Counted from the stretch's first letter, positions 16,201 through 25,787 are shown. The stretch is DNA of 64,000 nucleotides from Nitrososphaerota archaeon (GCA_011605725.1 JAAOZP010000004.1:64001-128000), one strand, 5' to 3'. Numbers and translations are program-made. Notes: a model not told the origin generated them from the sequence alone.

Positions 16201-18902
16201 ACGACATTGCTGGCGGAGGCCTTCAGATTTATCCTGGAGAAGATGATCGTCGGTCCACGCAGGCTTCCCAATGCATGTCCCTCGTTGTCATAGGCGGTGT
16301 AGACCGGTGAGATCTCATGATCCGAATAATTATAGGAGAATCCAACGACCCCATTGGAATCCGCAACCGCCACATTACCTTCAGTATCCTTCACCACCAT
16401 GCCTCTGGTGGAATCGTTGCAGTACAGGAAGCTAACGCTCAGCTTCACCCTGATAACCGAGCCGCTCTTATTCCAGTATTCACCATTCCTCGGCATAGCG
16501 TTCTCGACAGAAAGGAGGGTGAGTTTCACGTTCTTCGGTATTAAGACCACATTGAGGGGTTTGCAGGATATGAAGTCCACGAGCTCAAATGTCATATTGG
16601 CTCGGGATTGTGGCATCGTCAGCGTGAAGGCCGCGGGCGTCTTCTTAACGATGCCTCCCTGAACCCATCTGACATCGACCTCATCAATGAAGCTCTTGTT
16701 ATACGTAAGATAGGCCTTTAGCACTACGTCGAAGCTTTCCCCAGGGGAACCCTTTATCAGGTAGCAGGGCTCGTCACGCCTAAACGGGATTAAGGATACT
16801 CCGGTGAAAACGATCGTCACGGGGTTTGTCTGCCCTGATATCACCCACTTGCTCGCATATATCCTGCTCGAGATCTCCTCGTCGTTTGAGCATATGTTGA
16901 ACTCCACATCGCCATTAGAATCAGTTGTCCTGCTCAGGTTGAAGAAGTAGACATTCGCCCCTGAAACAGGGTTTCCATTGTGGGAATACTTCGCATTCAC
17001 CCTGAGCTTCACATTCGTCCCATTAGGTGCGAAATACTTTCCGTTGAAAAGGATGGCATTACTTATGCTGGTTGTGAGGAGGATCCTAGTGTAGACTATG
17101 GTGATGCTTTTAGCGTCGCTCCATCCATCGTAATCATCATAATAGACGTATTCTACAACGAAGTAGTGATAGTATTTTACCTTATCCATATCACCGTAGT
17201 AGAACGTGGCTTTTCCGCTGGAATCCGTTTTAACCGTGTGGCCATCGCAGTCGAATACCGAGACCCCCTTAGCGTATTCTCCAGTATCCTCAAGTTGAGC
17301 GTAGACCTCAACCGTGGCGCCGCCCCTTGCGCAGTCAACCCAGTATTCGTCCCCGCTTAGGCGGGAGGCTCCATAGACTACAGCCGACAGCTTGAACCAT
17401 ATCCACCTCACCGTAATGCTTGCATTAGTCATGTGCGTTATCCCCTTATAGGAGGAGGGCATGAACACGTAGGATCTTCTACCGCTGCCTGGGCTGTTCA
17501 AAGAATAGTAATCCATTTTGGAGAACTCGCCTAAAGCATCCACAGTCTTTATACCTAGGGAAAGCTCATTGGCCTTGCTAACCTCCACGTAGGCCTCTGT
17601 TTCCGAAGGCCTCTTCAGCGCGAGGGGAATTTTCCCTCTATGCGTCACCGCACATGCCTCAGCTGGAATCGCCTTCAGCTCGTCGAAATGAATGTTAAGC
17701 CTGCATTCTAAGGATAGTTGAAGCGTACTCGTCTTCCCCTTTGAAGTGTAATTTACGCTAGCCGTACAGATGTCCTGAAAGCCCTCCACCCTGCATTCCT
17801 CCCCCTTGTAGTATCTCTCCGGGGTTCTGAAGGAGCACCATTGTGGAATACCATCTTTGACGCCATAGTACTCCGCGACAAACTTCCACCTTACTTCTGA
17901 ACCCCTGTTCGCCCAAACGTTAAAGGTCGTGCCGCTCCTCTCCCGGTATCCCTCTCCAGTATCGCCAGTTATATCCAGGCTGGAGAGCTGAATATCAGTA
18001 ACTAAGTATTTTGCACCCCTGTAGCCAACGAGATCACCGTTGCTTACTGCTACTGCAACGTTCTTAAGGCCGACTGAGTCAGCGCCCTCATTATAGTAGG
18101 CGTTGATGCTCCAACCGTTCTCCGGTTCGACTCCCGGCGGAGAGCCATGGAGCCCTATGACGACTGAGTCTCTGAAATACCAGCGGTCAAAGTTTTCAGC
18201 TTTAAAGCTAACTGTCATCTGCTTACCTCGGAGAGAAGAGTCGCCCTCGCCCGTTCTGAAAGCATTTCCCCATTTCGCCTCCCACTCCACCTTGATTATC
18301 GTCCCACTTTCCGAGGGAATTGTGAATTTGAAAGTGTGCGTTGCGTAATCAGCGTCTCTATAGCAGGTGGCGCTATGCTCATCGGCATGAACAATTATCG
18401 TCTTCTTCTCAACAACCCTTATCGTGACGGAGGGCGTATTCCCTCCGCTGTTTACTGTGATCGAAAGCCTTATCGTATGGGAGCCCTTCGAGGTTTCACA
18501 CACGTTTTTGAAGTCGGTTGAGCCCCAGTTTCCGCTGCCCAACTGGTATTTGACAACATCATCCAGATAAAGCTTAAGGTCCTTCCCATCCGGACTCTGA
18601 TTATTGTCGTATTTTATCTGGAGAATCCCGTAGTCCCAGTTTACAACAACGTTGTCGCTATGGTCGCACACATAGTAATAATGAAGCTGCTGATAGCTCG
18701 CAGTATACTCGTAGACAATTCTCGTATACGTCACCCTTGCCTCAAGCGTATTCCTATCCAGATTGCTCCAAGCATAAGAATCGGGCGGAGGAGCCGAGGA
18801 AACGGGAATCCAGGAAAGTGTGAAATGTGAGAGAATAACGGCAACTATTACTAGGGTTGTGGGAATTGACAATAATATCTGGAGATTTGGATATCTCCTC
18901 AA
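13236..18902 (-). CDS. Giant secreted repeat protein (1888 aa) with ~5 tandem ~280-aa Ig-like modules
   Basis: Signal peptide; recurring G.EYW..SGS / FTRI / A.YSHNG.PV / TDSNG / ASDG / FTDV / TPANF motifs with ~830-bp period; many NxS/T sequons; GTGA overlap with the toxin gene. Confidence 0.85.
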   Translation of the reverse strand: MRRYPNLQILLSIPTTLVIVAVILSHFTLSWIPVSSAPPPDSYAWSNLDRNTLEARVTYTRIVYEYTASYQQLHYYYVCDHSDNVVVNWDYGILQIKYDNNQSPDGKDLKLYLDDVVKYQLGSGNWGSTDFKNVCETSKGSHTIRLSITVNSGGNTPSVTIRVVEKKTIIVHADEHSATCYRDADYATHTFKFTIPSESGTIIKVEWEAKWGNAFRTGEGDSSLRGKQMTVSFKAENFDRWYFRDSVVIGLHGSPPGVEPENGWSINAYYNEGADSVGLKNVAVAVSNGDLVGYRGAKYLVTDIQLSSLDITGDTGEGYRERSGTTFNVWANRGSEVRWKFVAEYYGVKDGIPQWCSFRTPERYYKGEECRVEGFQDICTASVNYTSKGKTSTLQLSLECRLNIHFDELKAIPAEACAVTHRGKIPLALKRPSETEAYVEVSKANELSLGIKTVDALGEFSKMDYYSLNSPGSGRRSYVFMPSSYKGITHMTNASITVRWIWFKLSAVVYGASRLSGDEYWVDCARGGATVEVYAQLEDTGEYAKGVSVFDCDGHTVKTDSSGKATFYYGDMDKVKYYHYFVVEYVYYDDYDGWSDAKSITIVYTRILLTTSISNAILFNGKYFAPNGTNVKLRVNAKYSHNGNPVSGANVYFFNLSRTTDSNGDVEFNICSNDEEISSRIYASKWVISGQTNPVTIVFTGVSLIPFRRDEPCYLIKGSPGESFDVVLKAYLTYNKSFIDEVDVRWVQGGIVKKTPAAFTLTMPQSRANMTFELVDFISCKPLNVVLIPKNVKLTLLSVENAMPRNGEYWNKSGSVIRVKLSVSFLYCNDSTRGMVVKDTEGNVAVADSNGVVGFSYNYSDHEISPVYTAYDNEGHALGSLRGPTIIFSRINLKASASNVVIFNGVYYASNGWNVNILLKASYSHNGKPVANATVSLLGLSSRTNGSGVASFVLSGSDEEYKDTAMASDRVVDGSTDLDLIFTDVELKPSNSIIKAAPGAKTSVTIYARLSYSDEYLSGLRVEWVQGGIVGETSTPFYVEIPSSPANATFRLLGFLPCPEVNVTLIPRTVKLSLEDVGASKRGMEYWAKSGSNVVVKLKAEYVYCSDPPTTITVTDGRSTKSANEKGFVEFSYSDGDKSLSLSFLAIDRGYALSGKINLTLVFTRIILGVKVDAVRFGDAWYGCNDADVSIAINATYAHNGASVPNCSIRYLDFSTRTDVNGAATFSLKGCQRKYDGLIVASDGVVDGNEKLTLVFTDVALESSSMIVEGFPGDDAAVTIRARLTYNGEFLSGLKVKLVEKNMVEDTPANFILKVPDKGSENATFILEGFLPCYRNVVVRVVSVNATLTARVNGTLRDSKYWLQSGLTAMVRLKPRLSSLNVSSTGMRIVDSYGNVALTDSNGTATFYYNAGDCIKTISYTLFSNSGRALDKVNVTLVFSRIIVEKEVRVAIPFNGVYYAGNGANVSIAIRARYSHDGSSAAYAKAGFFKYSETDSKGSAVISLSDRDREYDGNIVVSDGIVNGSTPLDIVFTDVRIESSSEVVAGAPGEDVSLILNVRLSYNGKTLNGLKIRWVEGNITRGTPANFTLRILDSPFNATFVLDDFLPCGPCKILVVPGVELSIVEVKGAARRGNEYWAQSNSTVTLTINVHYKNGGPAVGTIVNDSEGNRMVVPDGGSITFSYSGVDEAVKLCYTAMRNSRIIPGGLNITLVFTRIIVEVMSVEGINVGGEYWANSYSMLSVAAKLSYSHSGVPAAGASASLLGYSALANESGIIVIKVSGADGKYAGSVAASDGAIFGESTRLSFLFTRILLNVTREGNAVNVKAVWAHSLMPVSNLRVKVFETNQVGITDLEGKVMFIVRGVGGELLVYALDRPNGIYARETVVSL

Positions 18903-19031
18903 CGTTTATATTAAAAAGCTTTAAGATCTTTATAAGCTTAACCTAAGTTAGACGACTCTCCTATGAGAATTATGAGAATGTTACTAACATTATGTAAACA
19001 AACTTAAAAACCCGAAATCCCTCTGAATACT
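18903..19031. promoter_or_regulatory. Divergent intergenic promoter region
   Basis: AT-rich; TATA-like TTTATAAG (~18929) and CTTAAAAA (~19003), each ~25-30 nt from the flanking start. Confidence 0.45.
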
Positions 19032-20273
19032 ATGAGAAAAATCGTGGCAATACTGCTTATGACAATCACTCTCTTATCGACGAGCCCCATGCATACTGAA
19101 AGCGTTGAGGAATATAAACTGCATAGTAAAATACGTATCTATGATGATTCTATGTTTGATGCTGAGCACGGCGTAGTTAGAGGAAGTGGAACTAAAGACG
19201 ACCCTTATATCATAGAGGGCTGGAAAATAGATGCATCTAAAGGTGTTGGAATCTACATAAGGGACACTGAACCCTACTTCGTCATAAGGAATTGTCTGAT
19301 AGAAAACGGAAGCAGGGGTGAAATCCCCTTCGAGGGCATTGTCCTCGAGTGGGTGAGGAACGGGAGAATCGAGAACTGCATCTTTAGAAACAACAGGTAT
19401 GGAATAAGGGTTTATGAATCGTCAAACATTACGATAGTGAACTGCGCAGTGTACAATAGCAGCGGCTATATAGAAATGATGAAGATGGGGATTTCGGAGG
19501 GGGCGATCGAGGTTGATGTCTCGGAAAACGTGACCATAATTGGGTGCAAATTGCACAGGAACTATGGCGACGGCGTCTTCCTCGCCTTTACGAATCATAG
19601 CGTCGTAAGGGACTGCGAGGCATGTGGGAACCTCGTCGGAGGGGTTTCAATATGGTGGTCAAGCGATAACCTTGTGACGAATTGCACGGTATGCAACAAC
19701 ACGAGGGGCATTTATCTAGTCAAGGCGTCAAACAACACGGTGAGGGGTTGCAAGGCTTATGGCAACGGTCATGGGTTAAGCATCCTAGCATCGTCAGGTA
19801 ACGTGATAACGGGTTGCACGGTTAGTGGAAATTACAGGGGGATTTACATAGACCCGTTTGCGACTAACCTGGTTTACAATAACTTCTTCAACAACACTGG
19901 GAAATTCTTATTTAGGAATGAAACCCTTTCAGCGAAGAATTGGGAGATTCAGGGGGGCTACAACTTTTCCACGTGTAAATGGAACACTTCCAAGGTTAGG
20001 GGAAGGAGCATAGCTGGTGGACAATACATCGGTGGAAACTATTGGGACGATTACAATGGGGCGGATGAGGACAAGGATGGGATAGGAGACACCAATATTC
20101 CGTATGGGCCTGGGGATTATTTACCCCTGGTTAGGGTCGAGGTAGCGGAGGAGAAGCCATCGACATGGTTACAAGCTTGGATGATTGCGCGCTTTATTCC
20201 AATTATCGTAATGGTCATGGTTGTCGCATACCTCTTGATTAAGCGTAGGAGGCAGGCGGTTAAAAGTGGTTGA
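19032..20273 (+). CDS. NosD/right-handed parallel beta-helix surface protein, TM-anchored
   Basis: GSGTKDDPYIIEGW, beta-helix repeats, GGNYWDDYNGADEDKDGIGDT. Confidence 0.9.
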   Translation: MRKIVAILLMTITLLSTSPMHTESVEEYKLHSKIRIYDDSMFDAEHGVVRGSGTKDDPYIIEGWKIDASKGVGIYIRDTEPYFVIRNCLIENGSRGEIPFEGIVLEWVRNGRIENCIFRNNRYGIRVYESSNITIVNCAVYNSSGYIEMMKMGISEGAIEVDVSENVTIIGCKLHRNYGDGVFLAFTNHSVVRDCEACGNLVGGVSIWWSSDNLVTNCTVCNNTRGIYLVKASNNTVRGCKAYGNGHGLSILASSGNVITGCTVSGNYRGIYIDPFATNLVYNNFFNNTGKFLFRNETLSAKNWEIQGGYNFSTCKWNTSKVRGRSIAGGQYIGGNYWDDYNGADEDKDGIGDTNIPYGPGDYLPLVRVEVAEEKPSTWLQAWMIARFIPIIVMVMVVAYLLIKRRRQAVKSG

Positions 20274-21789
20274 TATGAGAAGGCTGCTATTGATCATCAT
20301 GCTTACCCTAAGCCTTACCCTATTCGTTAACGCGGAGCCCCAGGGGAGAAAAGGGCATGCACCCATATGCATAAATGGCGACAGGGACTTCGAGAGATGG
20401 GGAATAGCTGGAAAGGGGAGCGGGGATGAACCATACGTGGTCGAGAACATTGAAATAAGAAGCTTGACGATGAACGGAATAGAGGTCTGGAATACTAAAT
20501 CCCACCTCGTCATAAGGAACGTCTTCATAGAGGGGAATGGAAGCTTTACCGGCATCTACCTTTACAATGTGGAGAATGTGAGGATAGAGAACTGCGAGCT
20601 TAAGGGCAACGCGTTCGGAATCCTGGTTCAAAACTCTTCGAACACAGTTATAATGGGCTGTAAGGTTGGTAACGGATCGATTGGGATCTTCGTCAACTCC
20701 TCCTCTAATATAGCGATAATCGGCTCTGAAGCGCTTAACAGCAGCGTCGGAATATACGTTAAGCTTTCCTTGAACTGCACAGCAGCCAATTGCACTCTAT
20801 CTAAAAACAAAAATGGAATTATGCTCGACTCATCCTCCTCAAACATGGTTTACAATTGCACAGTGGTTGAGAACGATTTGGGCATCATGCTCCTCTCCTC
20901 CACGAACAACACTATCTACAATAACCGCTTTAACAACGAAATCGACTGGCATGTTGCTGGAAACTCGACTGGAAACAGGTGGAACGTCTCAAAAACTAGT
21001 GGAAGGAACATCATCGGAGGACCGTTTATCGGCGGAAACCAGTGGAACAGTTACAAGGGCGTTGACAAGGATAAGGATGGAATCGGAGACACTGATGTTC
21101 CATACGGCCCCGGAGACTATCTTCCATTGGTGAAGTATAAGAATTCACCGCCAAAAGCGGATTTCTTCCATTATCCCTCTAAGGTAAAGTGCATGGGTGA
21201 GGTCATTTTCCTGGATAATTCAACGGATCCGGATGGCGAGGTGGTGAGCTGGATGTGGGATTTCGGAGACGGTGGAAACGCCACCGGCATGAGCGTTAGG
21301 CATGTGTTCAGGAAGAAAGGCAACTACACGGTTAGGCTGAGGGTTATGGATGACGGAGGGCTTGAGGCGAACTGTGAGAAAGTCATTGTCGTGTACAACT
21401 CGCCGCCCAAAGCAGGCTTCACATACTCGCCGATCGAGCCGAGGGTTAATGAAACAATCATTTTCACGAGCAACTCAACCGATGTTGACGGGAGGATTGT
21501 GAGCTGGGAATGGGAATTCGGAGACGGAGCCAAAGATGCTGGTGAAAACGTGACTCATGCGTATAGGAGGGAGGGAAACTACACGATAATCCTTCTGGTT
21601 AGGGACGATGAGGGGGATACGGATTGGTGCTTCGCAACGATAAGCGTTAAGCCGGCTTTAAGAACTGAGGGAAGAGGTGCAGAATACTTTCCGTGGATCC
21701 CAGTTGCCATGGTCACTATAGCGATTATAGCGACGTCTACGTACGTTGTGCTTAGGAAGCGTTTGATGCAAAGACGAGAGCGAGCTTAA
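20266..21789 (+). CDS. NosD beta-helix + two PKD domains, TM-anchored; tandem paralog of the previous gene
   Basis: GNQWNSYKGVDKDKDGIGDT; WMWDFGDG and WEWEFGDG PKD motifs. Confidence 0.92.
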   Translation: MVDMRRLLLIIMLTLSLTLFVNAEPQGRKGHAPICINGDRDFERWGIAGKGSGDEPYVVENIEIRSLTMNGIEVWNTKSHLVIRNVFIEGNGSFTGIYLYNVENVRIENCELKGNAFGILVQNSSNTVIMGCKVGNGSIGIFVNSSSNIAIIGSEALNSSVGIYVKLSLNCTAANCTLSKNKNGIMLDSSSSNMVYNCTVVENDLGIMLLSSTNNTIYNNRFNNEIDWHVAGNSTGNRWNVSKTSGRNIIGGPFIGGNQWNSYKGVDKDKDGIGDTDVPYGPGDYLPLVKYKNSPPKADFFHYPSKVKCMGEVIFLDNSTDPDGEVVSWMWDFGDGGNATGMSVRHVFRKKGNYTVRLRVMDDGGLEANCEKVIVVYNSPPKAGFTYSPIEPRVNETIIFTSNSTDVDGRIVSWEWEFGDGAKDAGENVTHAYRREGNYTIILLVRDDEGDTDWCFATISVKPALRTEGRGAEYFPWIPVAMVTIAIIATSTYVVLRKRLMQRRERA

Positions 21790-21917
21790 GAAGCTGAGGG
21801 AAGAAGCACACAACTCCTAGAGAATAGTGGGAGAAGAAGAGCTTGAAAAATACCTTAGGGAAGATGGCAATTCGTAACATCCTGCCTTCGCAGAGAATAC
21901 TGATGAGGAAAACATAA
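21782..21917 (+). pseudogene. Possible decayed 3' end of an archaeal tyrosine integrase
   Basis: With one stop and two 1-nt gaps reads ELKKLREEAHNS*RIVGEEELEKYLREGWQFV.ILPSQRILMRKT*; resembles C-terminal tails recalled from archaeal integrases; no catalytic domain present. Confidence 0.4.
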
Positions 21918-22111
21918 TGCTAAGTTTATGCATTTGAAACGTTTCTAACTGGAGAGTACACTCCATACTGTTGATGAAATATTTTTATGCTTAGACCTCT
22001 TGCTTAAAACCCGTGGCGAAGTGCGCCTACCGCGGGGAGAAGATAAGGGAGATTGAGGAGCGCGCGCGCTGATTTGCTCGCTCTATTTGCTCGTCAGAGC
22101 TTTTTCGGAAG

Positions 22112-23893
22112 CTAAGGTTTTTCGCCCGCAGGCTCCTCCTCAATCTTCTTCAACTGGCTCCTATACATCTCCAGAATCTCCTTCACCGTTGTCGCCTGCT
22201 CCGGAGCCTTATCGTCCCTAAGCCTACCTGTGTACTTGGGGAAGCGTCCCGCTAAGCCAGAACCAGCTCTTACCGCGTTTAACCCGCAGGTGTGCACGGG
22301 GCTCAGGGTTATTTCTGACGCTATTATCTCGATGACTATTCGTGGTTCAAACCATACGTCCGCCTCTATTTTCGAATCAACCCTGGGATGTTTATGGCTG
22401 ATCTTGTAGTTGTTCATCAACTCTGTGAAAGTAGCTAAATCCTCGTCGGTGAAGCCTGTTCCACATTTAGCAAACGTTCTGAAAACGTCTTCATCAGGAT
22501 CGTATGCAGCCAAGAGGTATGCTCCATACTTGCCTGCACGCTTGCCCCTGCCATGGAAACCGCCGACTATAACGAGGTCGAAGGTGTCGGCGACTTCAGC
22601 CTTATACTCTCTCTTCAGCTTTATCCAGCTCCATTCTCTAGCGCCAGCCCTGTATGGTGCTTTCAGGTCTTTCAACACGAGGCCCTCGCAGCCTTCTGAG
22701 ATCGCCTCCTCCATGAAGACCTCTATCTGGCTGGGGTCTCTCGATATTATCTGTTTGACGAGCTTAACCCTCTCGTCTTCTATGATAACGTTCTTTAAAG
22801 CCTCCCTTCTCTCCAAATACGGTTTCTCAGTGTAGTCGACGCCGTCGGCGTAGAGTAGGTCGAAGAAGAAGAGTGCAACAGGATACTCTTTCATAGCCTC
22901 TTCGATACCATACTTCCGCCTCCTGTGCATAAGCTCTTGGAACGGCAGCAGCTCGCTGGTGTCAGGGTTTATTGCTACGCATTCCGCCTCCAGGACAGCC
23001 TCCCTAGCCTTAACGTTCCTCCTCACCATTTCTATCGCGTCAGGGTAGTGGCTCGTAATATTTTCAAGCCTCCTGGAGAAGAGCAGAACACTATCATCGT
23101 TCTTGTGTATTTGCACACGCTCCCCGTCCAGCTTGTACTCAGCAGCAGCCTCTCCACCTATTTTCTCCAGCACCTCCTGCACTGTTGTCAAGCGTTCTGC
23201 AAGCATCGGCCTGATCGGTTTGCCCACGGTTATCTTGAAGTCGCGAACACCGTCAAGCCCCTTCTCGGCTATAGCCCTCGCCACAGCCCCGAGGTCGCTG
23301 GAAATGTTGTACGCACGCTCTATGATGGGCCTGTTCGACTTGTCCCCGGTGAATGCTTGCGCAATAGCGTCGAGAATAGTGTAGTCTGCTATACCGAGCC
23401 TAAGCCTCCCGGTGACGATCCTGACAGCATACTTCGCCTCCCTAGGAGACATGTCTATCAGGAGGGAGGATAGCAGGCTTGTCTTCTGCGTCACAGAACC
23501 CTTTCCCCCCAGCCTGGCAAGCCTGTAAAGCTTCTCGTAAACATCAGTCAGCGTCGGCTCCTTGCTTAAGAGCTTCTTCTGAACCTTTCTTTGCGCAAGG
23601 ATTTCGGCGGCGCTGCCTAGGTCGCCAGCCTCCTTGTAGAGTTTTTCAACAGTCTCATCATCTATTCCCGAGAATTCTGACAGGGATCTTAAAACAAGCT
23701 TCTCGGCGACGCCGAATTCTAAGCCCTCGTAGTCAGGCCTAACCTTGCCCTGGAGCAAGTATACGAGCTTCTCAAGCTCGGCTGGACTAGCTTTCTTGAA
23801 AAGGTCTACTAGAAGGCTTGTCATCTCAAGCCTCTTCGTCGTCGACTCCACCTGCTCCATCGCTTCTGCAACTTCCTTGAAAAGCATAACCAT
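22112..23893 (-). CDS. lig: ATP-dependent DNA ligase
   Basis: EYKLDGERVQIH (motif I), EGLVLK, WIKLK, RFP. Confidence 0.97.
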   Translation of the reverse strand: MVMLFKEVAEAMEQVESTTKRLEMTSLLVDLFKKASPAELEKLVYLLQGKVRPDYEGLEFGVAEKLVLRSLSEFSGIDDETVEKLYKEAGDLGSAAEILAQRKVQKKLLSKEPTLTDVYEKLYRLARLGGKGSVTQKTSLLSSLLIDMSPREAKYAVRIVTGRLRLGIADYTILDAIAQAFTGDKSNRPIIERAYNISSDLGAVARAIAEKGLDGVRDFKITVGKPIRPMLAERLTTVQEVLEKIGGEAAAEYKLDGERVQIHKNDDSVLLFSRRLENITSHYPDAIEMVRRNVKAREAVLEAECVAINPDTSELLPFQELMHRRRKYGIEEAMKEYPVALFFFDLLYADGVDYTEKPYLERREALKNVIIEDERVKLVKQIISRDPSQIEVFMEEAISEGCEGLVLKDLKAPYRAGAREWSWIKLKREYKAEVADTFDLVIVGGFHGRGKRAGKYGAYLLAAYDPDEDVFRTFAKCGTGFTDEDLATFTELMNNYKISHKHPRVDSKIEADVWFEPRIVIEIIASEITLSPVHTCGLNAVRAGSGLAGRFPKYTGRLRDDKAPEQATTVKEILEMYRSQLKKIEEEPAGEKP

Positions 23894-23934
23894 AGTATTG
23901 AAGCATCGCGGGATGGTAAAAATGTTTCTGTCCT

Positions 23935-24357
23935 TTAAAACGAGCCGGGCGGGAACCCTGCTTTAAGGAAGGTTTCTAAAAGTTTCTTGAAGTCAACCGG
24001 GTCTCCCTCTCCAACCCCGGGACACTGCTCGTCGAATATGAAAACATACTGCTTCGAGCCGTGCCTAACAATCTCCACGTCCACGGGAAGGCTTAGAACA
24101 CTCTGAATCGTCTTCTTCTCAACCGGGTAGAAAGGGTAAAGCCTGCATAAAACAGGCTTATACTCATGGATCGTGCACAGACCGTTCCTGAGGAATGGGC
24201 AGAAACCGTTTTCACCAACAAGAATCAGCTTACCCTCTGGAGCGACGTATGGCTTGAAAGACGGGATGATTCTTCTAATCCTCTCCACGTCTTCCTCGGA
24301 AACCTCGGGATTTAGACCGCAGCATTTCTCTCCGCAAAGCCTACACTTGAAAAGCAT
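23935..24357 (-). CDS. YkgJ-family CxxCxxCC cysteine-cluster protein
   Basis: FKCRLCGEKCC, CPFL…CTIHEYKPVLCRLYPF, CPGVG; start trimmed to ATG 24357. Confidence 0.85.
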   Translation of the reverse strand: MLFKCRLCGEKCCGLNPEVSEEDVERIRRIIPSFKPYVAPEGKLILVGENGFCPFLRNGLCTIHEYKPVLCRLYPFYPVEKKTIQSVLSLPVDVEIVRHGSKQYVFIFDEQCPGVGEGDPVDFKKLLETFLKAGFPPGSF

Positions 24358-24457
24358 GTTTCTCCAAGCTATTGGAAGCCTTGGGAGAGCTTCTCCAACC
24401 ATTTCAACCGATACTTGCAGGAACCTTTTTAAAACCTTATTCTTCAATCCAGGAGGC

Positions 24458-25039
24458 TTGACGCGGAATACTGCTAAAGCAATCTCCTACTTGTTGTCCA
24501 ACCCTGTCGTAGGGGGGCTTGGAGGACTCGTAATTATGCTTAAGGAGGAGGCTTTCTTAAACAACCCTATTTTAAACATTCTAGCTGTGTTTTTCTTCTA
24601 CAGTATTGTTCCCTTCGCAAGCGTCTACTATCTTAGGCTGCGCGGCAGGTCAGATGTTTTTATGAGTGAAAGAAGCAGGAGGCCGAAACACTTTATTCCA
24701 GGCCTATTGGGCTACATGGTTTCAATCCTAGTCTTCCAAGCATGCGGAATGAGGCTGATGAGGACTGCCTCGGCCTCATTCCTTTTAACATCGCTGATCC
24801 TCCTACTCTTAACATTCGTGACGAAGGTGAGTATTCACGTCGCAGGCTTGACGGCAACAGTAGTCCTAATTCTTCACGCTTATTGGCCAGCCGGATCAAT
24901 ACTGCTACTCCTAATACCTGTCTTAGCATGGGCACGCGTAAACACTGGTGAACACACGTACCGGCAGACGATGCTTGGCGCCTTCACTGGTTTAACCGGA
25001 AGTGTGCTAGGCATACTGTTCTTCCCAACCGTGTCTTAA
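24458..25039 (+). CDS. PAP2-superfamily membrane protein
   Basis: Multi-TM; KVSIH and WARV…HT motifs; TTG 24458 after GGAGG. Confidence 0.7.
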   Translation: MTRNTAKAISYLLSNPVVGGLGGLVIMLKEEAFLNNPILNILAVFFFYSIVPFASVYYLRLRGRSDVFMSERSRRPKHFIPGLLGYMVSILVFQACGMRLMRTASASFLLTSLILLLLTFVTKVSIHVAGLTATVVLILHAYWPAGSILLLLIPVLAWARVNTGEHTYRQTMLGAFTGLTGSVLGILFFPTVS

Positions 25040-25043
25040 ACAC

Positions 25044-25787
25044 TCACCGGTACGCAGCCAAACTACCGAGTTTCGGAAAGACCTTCAACCCTTCTCCCTG
25101 AGCGAGAAGTATCGGCGTGAAAGACATCACGTCGACTCTTCTCAGAATCGGGGAGAGAAGGCTGTTCGCGTCAATTTCGTTAACCGCCATCCCCATTGTC
25201 AACGGGTTCATCGAGGGCAATACGATTATTTTTACCCACTGTTGCTCGCCGTATAGGAAGCTTTTGAACCTGTGTTTAACCCCTATTGAGTCCCTTATTG
25301 AGACAGCGGGGTGTTCATGACCCATGAGCACGACGGCTCCGTCTTCCGGCAGCTCGTGCTCCCTATCACCATGTATGAGGAAGTATTTACCAAGCCTTAG
25401 AGGCGGGTCTTGAAACTCCACGTTCAACCGCTTTAGAACAATCCTGACGAAATTGTCATGGTTTCCCCTGACTAGCAGCGGCTCTGCGCCAAGACTGCGG
25501 ACATCGTTAACAAAATCCTGGACCTGCGTCCACTCCTCAGGATTTATGTCTCCAAACTCGTTCTTTATATCCCCTAGTATTATGAGCTTTCGGGCAGACC
25601 TGTAGTTAAACATGTTTCTCAGAGACTTGATTATCGGGGCATAGGTTGGAAAGGGAATATGTACCCCTTTCTCCTCTAGCTCCCATTCTAGACCTAGGTG
25701 AATATCAGCTACGACGATAGCGTCCAAGGATTTCACGTACAGTGCGGGTTCGAACTCAACTATTTCAACATCTTCAGTTAACAGCAT
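25044..25787 (-). CDS. Lhr-associated metallophosphoesterase
   Basis: ADIHLG, LGD, RGNHD, HGD, GHEHP; overlaps the end of lhr. Confidence 0.9.
   Translation of the reverse strand: MLLTEDVEIVEFEPALYVKSLDAIVVADIHLGLEWELEEKGVHIPFPTYAPIIKSLRNMFNYRSARKLIILGDIKNEFGDINPEEWTQVQDFVNDVRSLGAEPLLVRGNHDNFVRIVLKRLNVEFQDPPLRLGKYFLIHGDREHELPEDGAVVLMGHEHPAVSIRDSIGVKHRFKSFLYGEQQWVKIIVLPSMNPLTMGMAVNEIDANSLLSPILRRVDVMSFTPILLAQGEGLKVFPKLGSLAAYR

Noticed and set aside
8140-18902. Provirus (tape-measure/tail genes) or RHS/Hint-type toxin
   Set aside because: No capsid, terminase, packaging ATPase, YD repeats or Hint motifs recognised; both large proteins have signal peptides
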